Shown piece after piece: positions 1-12,436 of a stretch of DNA of 64,000 nt (its first letter is position 1; each line of letters begins with the position of its first letter). The stretch is taken from positions 4,009,556-4,073,555 of the forward strand of contig CAJINV010000005.1 of assembly GCA_905178155.1 (NCBI GenBank), given 5' to 3'. The translations under genes and the position numbers were made by a program. Below the pieces are notes generated by a model. That model was not told the DNA's origin, ran no database searches, and saw only the letters and a list, made by a program, of their open reading frames with translations. This DNA is from Amoebophrya sp. A120 (taxonomy: Eukaryota; Protista; Dinoflagellata).

Positions 1-720
1 AGCTGCCAACACTTTGAAAAGGTCGGGCGGAAAAGCGCTGAAAAAGCCCTCTCGATGCCGTCCCATCTGGAAGGATTTCCCTCGAAAAGGCGTTTCCAGC
101 AAGCTGGATTTCCATTGCCGCGGCGTCTCCAGCTGGATACTCTTCGAAGCGGCGCCCTCGAAGGGTTTCCAGCAGGAGGCGCGTTGCTTGCGGGTGCCTC
201 TTTGTTTAAGTAATGCACTGCCTCCCTGCTGGATTTCCTCCCGGCTAGAAAAAAACGCGCCTCCATCTGGGTTTCCCGCTAGGAATGCTCTGAAAAGGCG
301 TCCCCGGCTCCATTTCACGCTAGAAATACTCTGCAAAGACACGGCCGGCTGAATTTCTTCCAGCCGGGGGCGCTTTGGCGATGCCTCTCCCGCTGGATTT
401 CGTTCTGGGAACGCGCTGGCGATGCCTTTCCGCCTGGATCTCTAGCCGGAAACACGCTGCCGCTGCCTTTCCGGCTGTGTTTCCTTTCAGCTAGAAAGGC
501 GCTGAGACGGCATTGCTAGCTGGATTCCCTGCTGGACACACACCGGGGCGGCGTCGCTAGCTGGCTTTCTAGCTAGAAACGCCCTGAGACGGCGTCGCTA
601 CGTGGGTTTCCAGCTAGAAACGCACTGAGACGGCGTCGCTTGCTAGATTTCCAACCAGAAACGCACTGCGAAGGCGTCTCTAGCCGCGTTTCCGGCTCGA
701 CATGCTTTGAAAAGGCAACC
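1..720. repeat. Degenerate tandem repeat, ~41-bp unit (gaaacgc(a/c)ctgagacggcgtcgct...tttccagcta)
   Basis: Near-identical units at ~576-616, 617-657 and 658-700, with more decayed units back to the window start. No credible ORF. Confidence 0.7.
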
Positions 721-848
721 ACTAGGCCGCGGGGGGATGCGGCGCGAGGCGCAGCAGTGTTGTTCCCCGGTGATGCGCAAAGCGTGCGCGTCCCGCAGCG
801 GGGGGTGAACTTTGTGAAAAATGCTCCTTCTAGCGCAAGTTTGCGATG

Positions 849-2325
849 TCACACCGAGCGGGCGAAGCTGTTCGAGTCTCGTTCTTGAACTACATTGATT
901 TGCCTAGAGCTAGACAACATACGTTGGTGAAACTCAAAAAACAACATCATGGTGTAAAAAAGTATGCTCTCCATACCAAGCTTCATTTTCAACACTCTCA
1001 TGGAAATATCGAGGTTCGGCTTCCACGATATGAAGATGTCGATTTCGAACCCCTTCAGGTCCTGCTTGTCCTTCTTGTACGCGTGCACCGGCCCAAGTTC
1101 TGGTGCCTCGTCTATCGTAAGGGAAAATCCCCCCTCCCCATATTGAAAAGGTATGTCTCCGAAAATTTGCGTTGCTGATTTGAGGTCACAAATCACATCT
1201 GTCTTGCAAGAAGGCATCTCCACAAGCTCCGCAGCATTGTGCAGGCGGTTTGTGATGCTGATGGGCCTACAGCACGGACGTTCCTCGTGCTAGACGCCTA
1301 GGCCAAAACCTCTCTACTTAGGCTTAGCATGGGCCTGCATTTCTCTCCAGCAAGACAGATCTGATTTGTGTACGCAAATCCTGCATCAGAAACTTCGTTT
1401 TGATATGGGGAGGGGGGATTTTTCCTTTTGATATCGTCCCCAAGATAAAAGCTGGTAATTTTGATTCCGTTCAGCGGCACCGGAAGCGAGGCCTGCTATC
1501 AACTGTAAAAATGTCTGGGTCTGGAAGATTGGGGGAGTTTGTCATGCAAATTTTACATGACCTGCGATGTCGGTGATGCATGCTTTAGCATTACAGGTTT
1601 TGTGCAGGATTTCTCATGCGTATACTGCATGAGAAATGCCTTCTCAGAATAGCAAAAATCTGAGTGCCGATTGCTGGTCATGCAATCAAGGCTTTTGTAT
1701 CATCGAAAGTTAGCATCACAAATTCCATTCTTTCCAGACCCAGACACTTTTGTATTTGATACCTGCAGCGTGGGCTCGATCTCGTCCTTTAGCAACTTGA
1801 GCACCGCTTTGTTTATGTACGGCCAGAGCGCCTTCATTGTCAGATTCAACCATTGCAGTCCCTCGCCCGCGGCGACCACCTTGCCGCCACCTAGATGCGA
1901 AGCACGGCTTCCCGAGACGTGCATGTGCGAGTCTCGCATCTGCGGAGGAGTTCCCCCCTTGTCCGGGCTGTCGGTACTAGCGTTTATATCCTGAGTAAAA
2001 ACGTAGCCACACCAGAGTCAGGATGGGGATTTTGCAACACAAACCTAGGAGTTTTGTGCGTCACGCATGACAAGTTGCACTATGCAGTGTAGTTCAGGTT
2101 AGCAAGTGCAGCCGCGTCACAGATTCATCTGCTCATCCTGTTCACAGCATCACAAATTCCAAAACACGACTGGAAATGGCACTCATGGGGATGCGCATTA
2201 CAAGTCTTCCTGTCTTTGCAAATCCAAATCTGCATTACAACTCTGGCGTGGGTACGTTTTTACTCAGGATACTTTATGCGGTCGCGTTTTGCGTCCTTCG
2301 CTGGCGCACTACAACACGATGGCAT
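849..2325 (-). CDS. SMP-domain (synaptotagmin / extended synaptotagmin-like) lipid-transfer protein; 5' part, 3' end uncertain
   Basis: Removing the elements at 1987-2271, 1497-1761 and 1113-1433 (each plus 5 bp) gives MPSCCSAP...EGLQWLNLTMKALWPYINKAVLKLLKDEIEPTLQASLPVPLNGIKITSFYLGDEAPELGPVHAY...FEIDIFISW, which fits the SMP-domain pattern. Confidence 0.8.
1113..1433. mobile_element. IR introner, family B
   Basis: TIR tatcgtaagggaaaatcccccctccccatat / atatggggaggggggatttttccttttgata; TSD tcgtc; homologous to 45595-45916. Confidence 0.92.
1497..1761. mobile_element. IR introner, family A
   Basis: TIR tatcaactgtaaaaatgtctgggtctggaa; TSD cctgc; can be drawn as GT-AG. Confidence 0.93.
1987..2271. 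mobile_element. IR introner, family C
   Basis: TIR tatcctgagtaaaaacgta; TSD gttta/cttta; near-identical reverse complement of 32002-32280. Confidence 0.92.
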
Positions 2326-3575
2326 TTTGATTGATGTGTTCTCCGACAGACAACAAACAAATACTTTATTTGTCACGACGGGGAGGTGGACGGACTAGAT
2401 TGAGTCGACGCACCGGTACAAATTATATCGTCCGAAGGAATCCCAATCCGATCGGTCGCTTTCTATGCTGCAGGTCGTGACAAGAAGAACAAGGCTGTAG
2501 AGCCAGTTCCGTGGCAGTTTTGTTGAGCACGTGCCAGTCTTAGTGAAAACTTCAAAGCAGTAGAGCAGCTGTGGAGGAAAATAAAGAGTGCGCTCGACAG
2601 GAACGATTGCGCACTCACGAGCGACAGCGCAAGGTGTGAGTGTAGTTTTCTATTCAATTATCGTGGAGATGGAAAAACGCCGCTCCTCTCACGAGATTAC
2701 TCACACTCACGATTCGCTCCCGTACTTCGATTGCCGCGAGGACCATTTTTCTGTCTTACTTCACGATAAACGAAAGAAAGAAGCGTGTAGAAGTACTAGA
2801 TGAATAAAGTACACTAGAGCTCCGTTCTCCTGTGAAACACAAAGGAAAACGCTTACGCACGAGGCCAACACCATCATGGACCTCCACTTCCATATTATTT
2901 GTACCATTTTTGAATGGCACAAGGCTGGAGCGGTTCAGCAACCAAACGAAACAAAAAACATCTCTGTGCGTGATTAAGATTAGGTTCTAGATCAAGTTGC
3001 GATATAGATGAAGGAGAAACAAAGAAATGAGTGTGGTGAGTTCGAAACGCGTGACCTGTGCAAGATAATGAGCCGCCGACTCTCCAGGGCGTGACGAGCC
3101 AGCCATCCTTTACCTTTATCACTTTATATGACATTGATAAGTTAGTCCTGGAAAAGCAATCGACAAGTACTCTTCTCTCGGTCGCCCGGAACGAGACAGC
3201 GGAGGGCGAGCTTAGTTGTAGATTGATATCATATCATGTAACTAAAGTAGAGGTAAAGTGCCTTGCTTATGCCCTGAAGATGTGGCTCCAAAGGCTGCAC
3301 AAGAAGTGGAAATCTTCTTTTTCCAATACAAACTCGTACAAGAAGAAAAAGAAAACGAAGCGTCGTCGCGATCTTCAGCAGCAGAGGCGAGCATCTGACA
3401 GGGGCGAGATCATGAACATGAGTACAAAGGTTCAGTTAAGTATTCCTAGGAACTTATTTTTCAACATTTCGTCCATACACTCACAGTTACAAACAATGAC
3501 GAAAAGTTGATGGAGCCAGGCCGCCTCCTGGATTTTTCCTATTTATAATTTTATTCTCATCAATTATTGTCCTCT

Positions 3576-6500
3576 TCACATCCACGTGTCACTGATCCGC
3601 GAATCCACCACAAGCGGTGTATATTATTTGTAAAAACGTCCCCACCACAGAGTTAAGATGGGGATTTTGCAACACAAACCTTGAAGTTTTGGTAACCACG
3701 CATGACAAATTGCAGGCTGTAGTGTACTAGTGCAGTTTAGCAAGGGAAGCCGCATAACAAATCCATCCCTTTATTCTGTTTACAGCATTACAAGTTCCAA
3801 ACCACGATGGATAATGCCTCTCATGGGGATGCGCATTACAAACGCTTTTGTGCTTGCAGATCTGCATGACAACTCTGGGGTGGGGACGTTTTTCCTCAGG
3901 ATAGTGTACGCAACTTCATCATCATCCCGCTAGTAGATTCCGCAAGACGGATGATCTCGCGCTCGGCCGCCTCGGCGTTCTCCACAGGCCCTTCCAATAT
4001 AAGCTCGTCGTGAATTTGCAGAATTTGGACAAACTTCAACTCCTTCAGCACCGGTGATCGGTGCAGCTCGATCATGGCGTTTGTAACGACGTCCGCCGCG
4101 CTGCCCTGCACCGGCGTGTTTGTTGCCACCCGCTCCAAATGTTTTCTGCGCGCGTGCGTCAGCACCTGTTTATTGCTTCTCGGGGGCGCACTTCTTTTGT
4201 TCGATGGATGATGATGATCTTCTCGGTCATCATGATGCTGCCCCGGAAGTTGTAGCTCCTCAGGTTCAAGGTGTGGACGATTCGCGACGTGCTCCGCACT
4301 TCTATCCACAAACACCTGCGCGGCCATTTGCTGCTGCTGCTGCTGCTGCGCCGTGTAGTAGCTGTGCAGGTCGGGGATCCAGCGCCGCCGGCCCAGCAGG
4401 GTCTCGACGTATCCGTCTTCGTAGGCTCGCTGGATCGTGCGTTGCTGCCACTGGAGCACCTCCGGAAAGCGGGCATACCATGTGTTGATGATCTGCTCCG
4501 CTTCTTCCGCTCCACCGTCCAGCTGTAGCGTTTTGGCGAGGCCGTACTTGTATGGATTGCAAATATGTCTGGGTCTGGAACCTTGTGATGCAAGGAAGGG
4601 AATAGCAAGCACACTGTAATGCGCTCCATAGCATGACAAATTTTTCCGTGGTTTAGAGTTGCGTCCTCCGCATGAGACACTGCGTTTTTGCATGACACGA
4701 GGGAGGACGTCCTCGCGGGAGCGCAACACAGAGCTCAGATTCATCTCAGACTAGCATGACAAATCTTGCAATCTCCCAGACCCAGAGGACATATTTGCAG
4801 TTGATAACTTGGTGACCCCATACACGACTGCGAAGTTGAGGGTCTTGGCTTTTTTGCGCTCCACTGGAAACTGGTCCTTGACATACGCAATGTCGTCTTG
4901 ATGTTCCGCCAGCATCCTGGTGCCGTCCGTATTGTTTGAGGTTTCTGGCGCGTTATTGCCGCCGTTTGTTACATCGCCCCCGACCACTACTGCGTGTTGC
5001 TGGCTCACGGCTTGCGTACTATCGTGTTTACCAATGTGTGGGAACATGGCGAGTGCAGTACGCGAGTGGAAATCGCCACCCTTTTTGAATCCGTCCAACA
5101 TCGCCTCGCAATTAGCTAAGTGTGCGAGCAGCCGCAGCTCCAGCTGTGAGTAATCGATAATGACAAAGGTTTTGCCCGGCGCGGCGGCAAAACAAGAGCG
5201 GAGATTGTACGTTCGCGAAGCGGTTGGCACGTTCTGCAGGTTGGGTTTACGGCAGGCCAAGCGCCCCGTAGCGGTGTAAAGGTTTAAGTTCATGTAGATG
5301 CGCGGCAGCGAAGCGGCCAACGTTTCGTTAGATTTTTGTTTGTTGTACTCGATTGCGTAATTCGCCAGGGGATACATGAAACTCTGTAACATGGCCGTCG
5401 AGTCGAGATACTCAAGTAACGAAGGGTCGAACGGCGGGGGAGGCGTCGTCTCGGCTTATGGATGTGTCAGGTTTGAAAACGTCAAAGTTGAAATAGTTTG
5501 TCATGCTAAACCGACCGAAACCACTACACAACCTGTAAGGGCACCTCACCGCAGATGGTCCGCAGAAATAGTTTGTCATGCATAAAACGGATACCGGTTA
5601 GACCTACAGTTTGTAGTCGGTGCATGACAAATTTTCCCGGTCCTGGAAGCGAGTCTGTCATGTGGTTTAGGGCAAAAGACCTGCCTTCTGTCATGCTAGT
5701 CAGCAATCCAACTTTTGACCCTTACCAGGACTATAATCTGCCTCCCGTACGTCCTCTGCATTAGAGTCACTCTCTGTATTGCATTTTATGCATGACAAAC
5801 TATTTAAACTTTGACGATTTCAAATCTGACACTCCCATACGGCTGCTGCATGTTGTACAGGTGAATTAGGTGCGGCTTCGGGTTTGCTCTGCTGGTCAGC
5901 AGAATAAAGAACGTCGCTCTGACGGCGTTCATCGTCACGTCCGTCAGTATCTTTCTGCAGTCGGTTTTCTAGCGCTTCGTCGAGACGACTTACTTCGTGC
6001 TCAACGTCGTCGTGTAGTCCTTCCCGCCGGGTCGGAGTTCCACGTGCATCAGCACCATCAAGAGCCTGTTGTTCCACGCCTCCTTCATCTTTTTCCCTCG
6101 CCGCGACTACTTCAAGCCTGTGTCGCTTAAGAATTGCCGCGAGCGTGTCTTTGCTCACGGACGGCCAGCCTTTCTTGGTGTAGCTGTGCGGCTCCAGTCC
6201 CAAGCCTGGAATAGTGATGTGCTGGAGTGTTTTGTCGGCTTTGCAAATCTGTTCCGCTCGTCGCTGTTCCAAGTCCGCAAGTTCCGGGATGCGCAGCAGT
6301 TCCGCGATCAGCTTCCCTTTGGTACCAAGTTTTGACTTCTGGGTGACCTCCTCGCTCCAGGGCCGCAACAGGTCCACCCACAGCTTCAAATCCGCAAGCT
6401 TCAACTTTTTCAGCTTCTGCGACATTTCCGCACGGGTCATGCGGATTTCATCTTCGTCCACTTCCTGATCGAGATCGTCGCTCATTTCTTGCGCCGCTTC

Positions 6501-8848
6501 TAGGCCCTCACAAGAACCTCCTTCGCCTTCTTCGTTCGGCTCGTCTTCGACCCACTTCTTGAGGTAAGTCTCGAGATCGGACTGCACCTGGTACAGTTCT
6601 AAAACGTTCTGCTCGGCGTCCGCCCTGGCGCTCGCGACGGCTTCTTCATCAAAGTACTCTGCTTCGACGGAAAAGGAGTCGGCCTCGGGCAGAAACAACA
6701 CGTCGTCCGATTTGCTGCTAGAGGAGTAGTAATTCGGCCTAGTACCTGTCGGTGATCTATTGGTCGTCAAAGTGCTGCCGTAGTCGTCGTCTTTTACGGT
6801 GCAATTATCCCATGGAGCGAACAACAATTGCATCAGCTGCTTCGTGCTCCCTATATGTAGCAAATGCGCATTCTGTTCGTCGAATGCAGTGGCTGCAGCT
6901 TTTTTTCGGATTTTGCTGCCTGTCGTGCCCCTTCCTGTTCCTGACAGATGCTCGGCCTGGAGCTGCTCTAGCTCCGCTTGTTTCTTCTTCTCGAATGTTT
7001 CCCGCTTGTTTGTCATCTGACCTTTGACCCACATACGAAACTTCTGCTCCGCAGCGCCTCGTTCTCTTTCCGCTTGGGCGGTAAGCTGCTGCAGCCTCTG
7101 GACGTTGAGCCCGACCCCTCGCGATTCGATCTCGGCCAAAACCTGTCCAAACTCGTGCCAATGCTGGTGGTATAGGTCGTGAAACGTCTCACCGCGAAAC
7201 TCGATGCTCTGGAGAACGGTCTCGAGATGGTGATACGCTGTAATCGTGCAGTCCTCGAGGTTTGTGTTCGCCATTTGCGCTCTTTCCGGTGCTCCGTCTG
7301 ACAACCGGCTCATGTGCATCACGTCCGCATGAAAACCGTGCTGGGTTTGTAAAGTAAAATACTTTTTATTTTGATATACAACTTGTTTATTTCTGTCTAG
7401 CAGATGAAACAGAAATTTTCAAATGTCCGGGTTGCAGTTCATGCGCACCGCGGAGAGAATCAATAGTTTATTCGGAGAAGCCGTTCTTCAGGGGGACAGT
7501 ACTCTCTTCACGGGGAGGTACTAACTTAGGTACTGTTTTACACACGCAGCCACACGGACTCAAATTGTTTCTTCAGGCAATCGGCCAAAAGTTGTTCGTC
7601 ATAAATCTTTCATCATATCGAGAACTACCTAAAAAGTACCAGATCCGTGATGCCCAAGCGCTGCTCAAACTGGAAGCGATGCCACGAGTAGTTGTAGTAA
7701 ATTTTGGGGATGTGTGGATTTCGGAATAGCGGCGCGAATTCTTGCACTTCGTGCCACGGTACACAAAGCCGGTCTATTTCGACCACGCCGCCCGCTGCGA
7801 GTAAAGAGGAGCCCCCGACCACTGATCGAGAAGGCTCTTCTACTTGTGCAGCGCTTTGCTCCTCAAAGCAGCCACGATGCGGCGGGAGTCGCCCGATGGT
7901 CAGGATGATCCCCGCTCCTTCGCTTGAGGGGGACGTAGATGTCGCTTCGTCGGCCCCAACGACCGTCGTAACGCCGGTCGTAGCACTGGAAGCGGAAAAT
8001 GCAGCGGAAGCCAGGTACGTTGTCGGTTGTAAGCGCGCAGTTCTACGAGTATAACTTGGCAGTCGTTCTTGTGGCTGGCTAGTGGAAGAACTGGAAGCCG
8101 AGGTTGACACTACAACCGACGAGGAGCCGGCTGGATACGTCTGCGTCGTGGTAGCCACCGAAAGAGCCGATCCGGGGGTTGTTGTACTGAAAGAACAATC
8201 ACGTGCTGGACGAGCAGTCGTTGTGCTCTCGCCTGCGCAGTTTTTTTGTGTTGGCTCTACTTCGAGATCGAGACGGGCGGGCGGCCACCAGCCTTCTCGT
8301 TCTAGGCGTTTTCGGAAGCGGGCCTTTTCCTCGGAGGTACTCCACCGCAACGGCTTGGTGCCGGGCGGACGAGGTTTTTTGGAAGGTCTTGCAGAACTAC
8401 CGTCAGAGGGAAGATGGTCTCGCCCTTGTTTGTCATCAGTTGCGGAACAGGATGCATCGTTTCTTGCTGAGAGCAAGGGGGCTGTAGAACAAGCAGAGCC
8501 ACTCGCGGCTCTGGCACTACCCGTACTGCATCCTGGTGCCGTAGTTGCCCCGCAGAGCCGAGCTAGTCGCGGTGTGGGAGCCGCGGGAGCTGAAACAGTA
8601 GAACCCGCTGCGACGGCCACGGAACTTGCGATCGGTAGAGTGGGTGTAGGTGACGCCGTCGTTGGTGATGCAGCGGCCTGCTTCGTGGACCACCAGGCTT
8701 GCCACCGCGACGCCGCGGAGGTGGCCGCTTGCTTTTCGAGCGCCGGCGACAAAAAGCGAGCGGCCGGATAACTTGCCGAGTGGAGCAACCCGTCGACAAA
8801 CCGCTCCCATGTGCCGCGAAAAACTTCACGCACCGGCCGCCACATCAT
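3576..8848 (-). CDS. Family A DNA polymerase, POP (plant/protist organellar polymerase) type, with an N-terminal targeting-like extension
   Basis: Motifs TATGRLACRKPNLQNVP, IIDYSQLELRLLAHL, GGDFHSRTA, ERKKAKTLNFAVVYG, YVETLLGRRR, NTPVQGSAAD, LQIHDELILE and C-terminal LRTPLVVD..W; POP-like exonuclease remnant GFHADVMHMSRL. Introns: GT-AG 7341-7639 plus introners at 5457, 4551 and 3622. Confidence 0.92.
3622..3903. mobile_element. IR introner, family C
   Basis: TIR core aaaaacgtccccacc / ggtggggacgttttt; TSD gtgta; removal restores LRT|PLVVD. Confidence 0.9.
4551..4806. mobile_element. IR introner, family A (subfamily A2)
   Basis: TIR core tgtctgggtctgg; TSD acttg; removal restores YGVTK|YGLAK. 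Confidence 0.92.
5457..5839. mobile_element. IR introner, family E
   Basis: TIR tatggatgtgtcaggtttgaaaacgtcaaagttgaaatagtttgtcatgc; TSD cggct; homologous to 48823-49130. Confidence 0.92.
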
Positions 8849-9413
8849 GTGCTGTCACCCTTCCAACACGAGTTAAAATGATGCAACCATCAGAAGCAAT
8901 AAATTTCGCGATTTATGGGTCATTTAGAAATCATCGTTAATTTTGTGCTCACGCTGGACCCCCTGTGTATTCTGAAAAAGTAGATCAGATCTAATACTTT
9001 CATTATTCGTCGAGTCTGAAATGTTCCGGCCTCGGATTGCGCTCTTCTTGTTGCGCACGCGCCATGTGCGACTAAAAGTAATTACTAAATAAAGTACTCC
9101 TGCTGCATCTCCTGTGGCAAGTAACGGGTTGTTTCAGACATTTTCATACGCTCGCAGCTGCAGGCACTCCTCGACAGGACACTGTTCTGACCTGTCGGCC
9201 GACGAACTCGCTCTTCAAGCTGCAAAAATAAAAGATCGGGGTGAGGCTGAGGAAATAGTTGAGGGGTAGTATAGTGGATTGAGCAGCTAGAAGACCCGGA
9301 AGTTGTAAATGGGCTGTAAAAAATGGGCTATGAAAATGGGACACCTTCGCGGAATTAAATACATACACTGAACTCACTGCTTTTGCTCTTGAGTTCTTGT
9401 TTTTTTCCAACAT

Positions 9414-12400
9414 TCATAAGTCAGTTTTTCTTTTTTTCCGTGTTTCATCCAATTTCTTGTGTTGTTTCAATTTTTTCCGCCATTTCTCAGCGTTTTTTGG
9501 TTTGTTGTCTTGTCCGTACATAGTTGCAAGCATGTGCATTGCCTCCGGGATGTGGTTTGCTGCTGCCTTACGAGCGTATTTGTAGGCCAGGTGCCGGTCC
9601 TCTTCTGCGAAAAACAGGATGGCCGCGTTGTAGGCGGCCTTACCATGCGTGTCGTCCAACTCAAAAGCTTTTACAAAAAGGTTTGCGACCTTACCGGGCT
9701 GCAGCTCCTCGTTAGCCTGCATGGCAACCTCGGGGTCGACAACAGATACTCCTCGCGTTTTTCCCTCGTTTACATCATCTCGTCCCGTGCCACTGTAGCC
9801 CGCCAGGTCGGATCTTCGATCGAGTTCAGCGAGGTGGATGCGGGCCGCGGAGTATCAAGAGGAAAATGGACGACTCCACCACACCACATTCCTCTTTCCG
9901 AGCGAAGAGGGATTTCTCCTCGTTCGGTCACGGAAGACAACAAGCCTTGTTTGCGTACGAATCAACGCCGATATTGGAAGGAAGTTCTTTAGTAAATTGG
10001 GCTCATCTCCTGCTGGTGGTTCTATCTGTGCCTCTTCATTGATGGAAGAACGAGTTGTGGTGTTTGGATTGTAGTGCATTTTCATCTCGGTACGGAATAG
10101 CATGCCTTCGCTGCAGTCTGTATTGCGGTTGAGCGAATGCGTGGCCAGTTTGGGTGCTCGGGCGGTACGATGAACCGCGGATGTTCGTGGCTGGAGGCCG
10201 TCGTGCCGGGGACTTTGCGGTTTATTTCTGTGTTTGTCCTCATCAACGCCGCGTATTGCCGTAGCAGAGCATTGTATTCTGGATCCGTCTTGTTGGCAAA
10301 GAGCTCGCTAACCAAGAGCCGATCACCCGACGTCAGGCCTCTTGTGATAGAACTATCATTGCTCGTCGCCTCGACGTCGACGTCTTCAGTGTCGTCCCAC
10401 CCAGCGTCAAAGTCGTGGTCGTCGACTTCAGGACCGGGAGCTACAACTGTGGGATGTCGTGTAGAAAAATAATCCCATCACAATGCCGACGATACTGAAC
10501 AAAAATAAAGATGTGCTGTTGCGTCTGCGTGTATTTTTCTGTCAGTAGTTGTAAGAGTTCTGCCTCGAAGTAAAGCTTTTCGAGCCGATAGCGGCTTGTT
10601 TGGTTGGACAACGTTAGCACAGACCCAACCCACTCGCTTCATCTTTTTCTGTTGCCGATTATGGTAAGTATAGTAGCCTGAAGATGATATCTTTATCCCG
10701 CTCCGTTGCCCGTCAACACAATCGCAAACGCGCGCTGAGTGGGGTCAGAAGAGTAGCAAGGCCTTTTCTGACGTTTACGCATCTGCTTGGAGATTGATAC
10801 AGCGGGGACCTTTTTGTGACGCAGACCAGATGCAGATCCACGTAATATGTTGTGTCCACATGCAAATAAGTAATATGATGTATGGGATAATTACCAGTAC
10901 GTTAACTTTTCTGTGCGATACTCCTGGCATACTTGGATCATCTTGCTTGTGAGCTATATTTGCTCGCGCTGTTTCGCCGCGCCGACTGCCATCTATCATC
11001 GCATCTTCCTTCGTGCCGAAAAGTGAGTCCCACAACCAAGATGACTCAACATCTTCTGCGGTTGAGGTGCTGTTGTTGAGATGCGTAAAATTATTCCGTG
11101 TGTGATGTGTGTGATTTGCAGTGTCCTTCTCTAACACTGCTTCTACCGGGCGTGGGCGGGACGGAAACACACTGTTCAACAGCGTGCTGGGCTCGCGCTC
11201 GCCATCGTCTACTTTCCCGAGGTGCGAGGAGGACGTGAAGGCGCATCTATTTTTTTCGGTGGTCGATGTTGTGTCTCCAGTCCCACTGTTGACATCAAGT
11301 CCGCCAGGTCCGTCACCTCCTTTACACGATGGATCGTCGCGGTATGCCGCCCCGGAGCTGCAAGCTTCTTGGTAAAACTGCAACGCAAGCGAGAGTACGG
11401 GACCTGCCCAGGCGGTTCGATTCGTGGCATCGCTTTCAGACCACGGCAACAGCCTGCCTGTTCGTCTTTGATGTTCGTCCGGAGCAGGTGATGAACTTGC
11501 CGTCGAGGTGTGCTGGAGGAGGCTCTCGCGAACCACCGAGAAAACTTTGCCAGCATCATTTTTGCGTTTCTTGCCACTTTCAGGGGTCAGCGTTTTCATA
11601 TCCGTGTGCCGGCCTTCTTGATGTTCCTCTTCCTCTTCTAGCAGACGCCCAAGATTGTACATAGCGCTGACGTGCCGCCCTTGTTTCGCACTTTCGGCAA
11701 ACAAGAAGGCGGCCTTCGTGCTGTTCCGGAAGACCACACTTCCTTCCGAAAACAAAACTGCCAGCTCGTACAGCGCAATGTCGTTGCCCTTCGCAGCGGC
11801 CTTCTTGTAGAAGGCGATAGCCTTGTCGAATTTTTTCAGCCGAAAGAACCCTGAGGCCGCATCTACCATGCTGGGGACGTGCCGCCGCTGCGCTGCCGCC
11901 TCGTACCACCGCAACGCTTCTGGCGCACTGGTCCTACTCCGCGCCACGGCATGGCCTTCTCAAACGGTACACATGCATGATGGGTGTCGTTTTTTCAGGC
12001 GATCTGTTACTGCTCAGAGCCTCTATAATCACCTTCCGTATGCGAAAGAATGAGAAAGCTGGTTAGCATGACAAGTTTTCCGCGACGCGCTAATCTGCTA
12101 TGCGGAAATCAAAATTGTAAGACGAGCTGCAAAAGCAAAATCCCGCCTGTTCCCGCCTCGTTACTTTTCCATTAATTTTTCTTGCTTCACACAATCAAGG
12201 AACAAACATGACACAGAAAATTGCAATCGCGAGTAATGTAAGTAACTGTAACATTTGAGAACGCCATACACGGCGACCAGGGCTTCTGGCTTCGTTGCCA
12301 GCACAGCTTCAGATCTCGACAGGGCAGCCACCGTTGTGGATGCAGGGCCGAATCGTGCTCCTGAGTGCAAGAGAAAGTAGAAAGCGCAGGCATAAAGCCG

Positions 12401-12436
12401 AATGGCGGTGAAGAAGTATGAAAGAGAAGGACCCAT
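9414..12436 (-). CDS. Sel1-like repeat protein with a predicted signal peptide and C-terminal KTDL
   Basis: Sel1 repeats ALRWYEAAAQRRHVPSM, AIAFYKKAAAKGNDIALYELA, SAMYNLGRL and EAMHMLATMY. Exons are joined via introners at 11950 and 9853 and a probable GT-AG intron at ~10447-10932. Confidence 0.75.
9853..10092. mobile_element. Degenerate IR introner (single copy in window)
   Basis: Imperfect TIR tatcaagaggaaaatggacgac vs taccgagatgaaaatgcactac; TSD cggag/cggaa; removing 245 nt joins AKACYS|AARIHL in frame. Confidence 0.75.
11950..12268. mobile_element. IR introner, family G
   Basis: TIR (c/t)atggc(c/g)ttctcaaa; TSD cacgg; related to 18229-18466. Confidence 0.85.

Noticed and set aside
8082-8771. 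Plus-strand ORFs such as 8082-8771, 35584-36147, 52035-52610 and 62573-63415
   Set aside because: They are antisense shadows of GC-rich minus-strand CDSs with no recognisable motifs.
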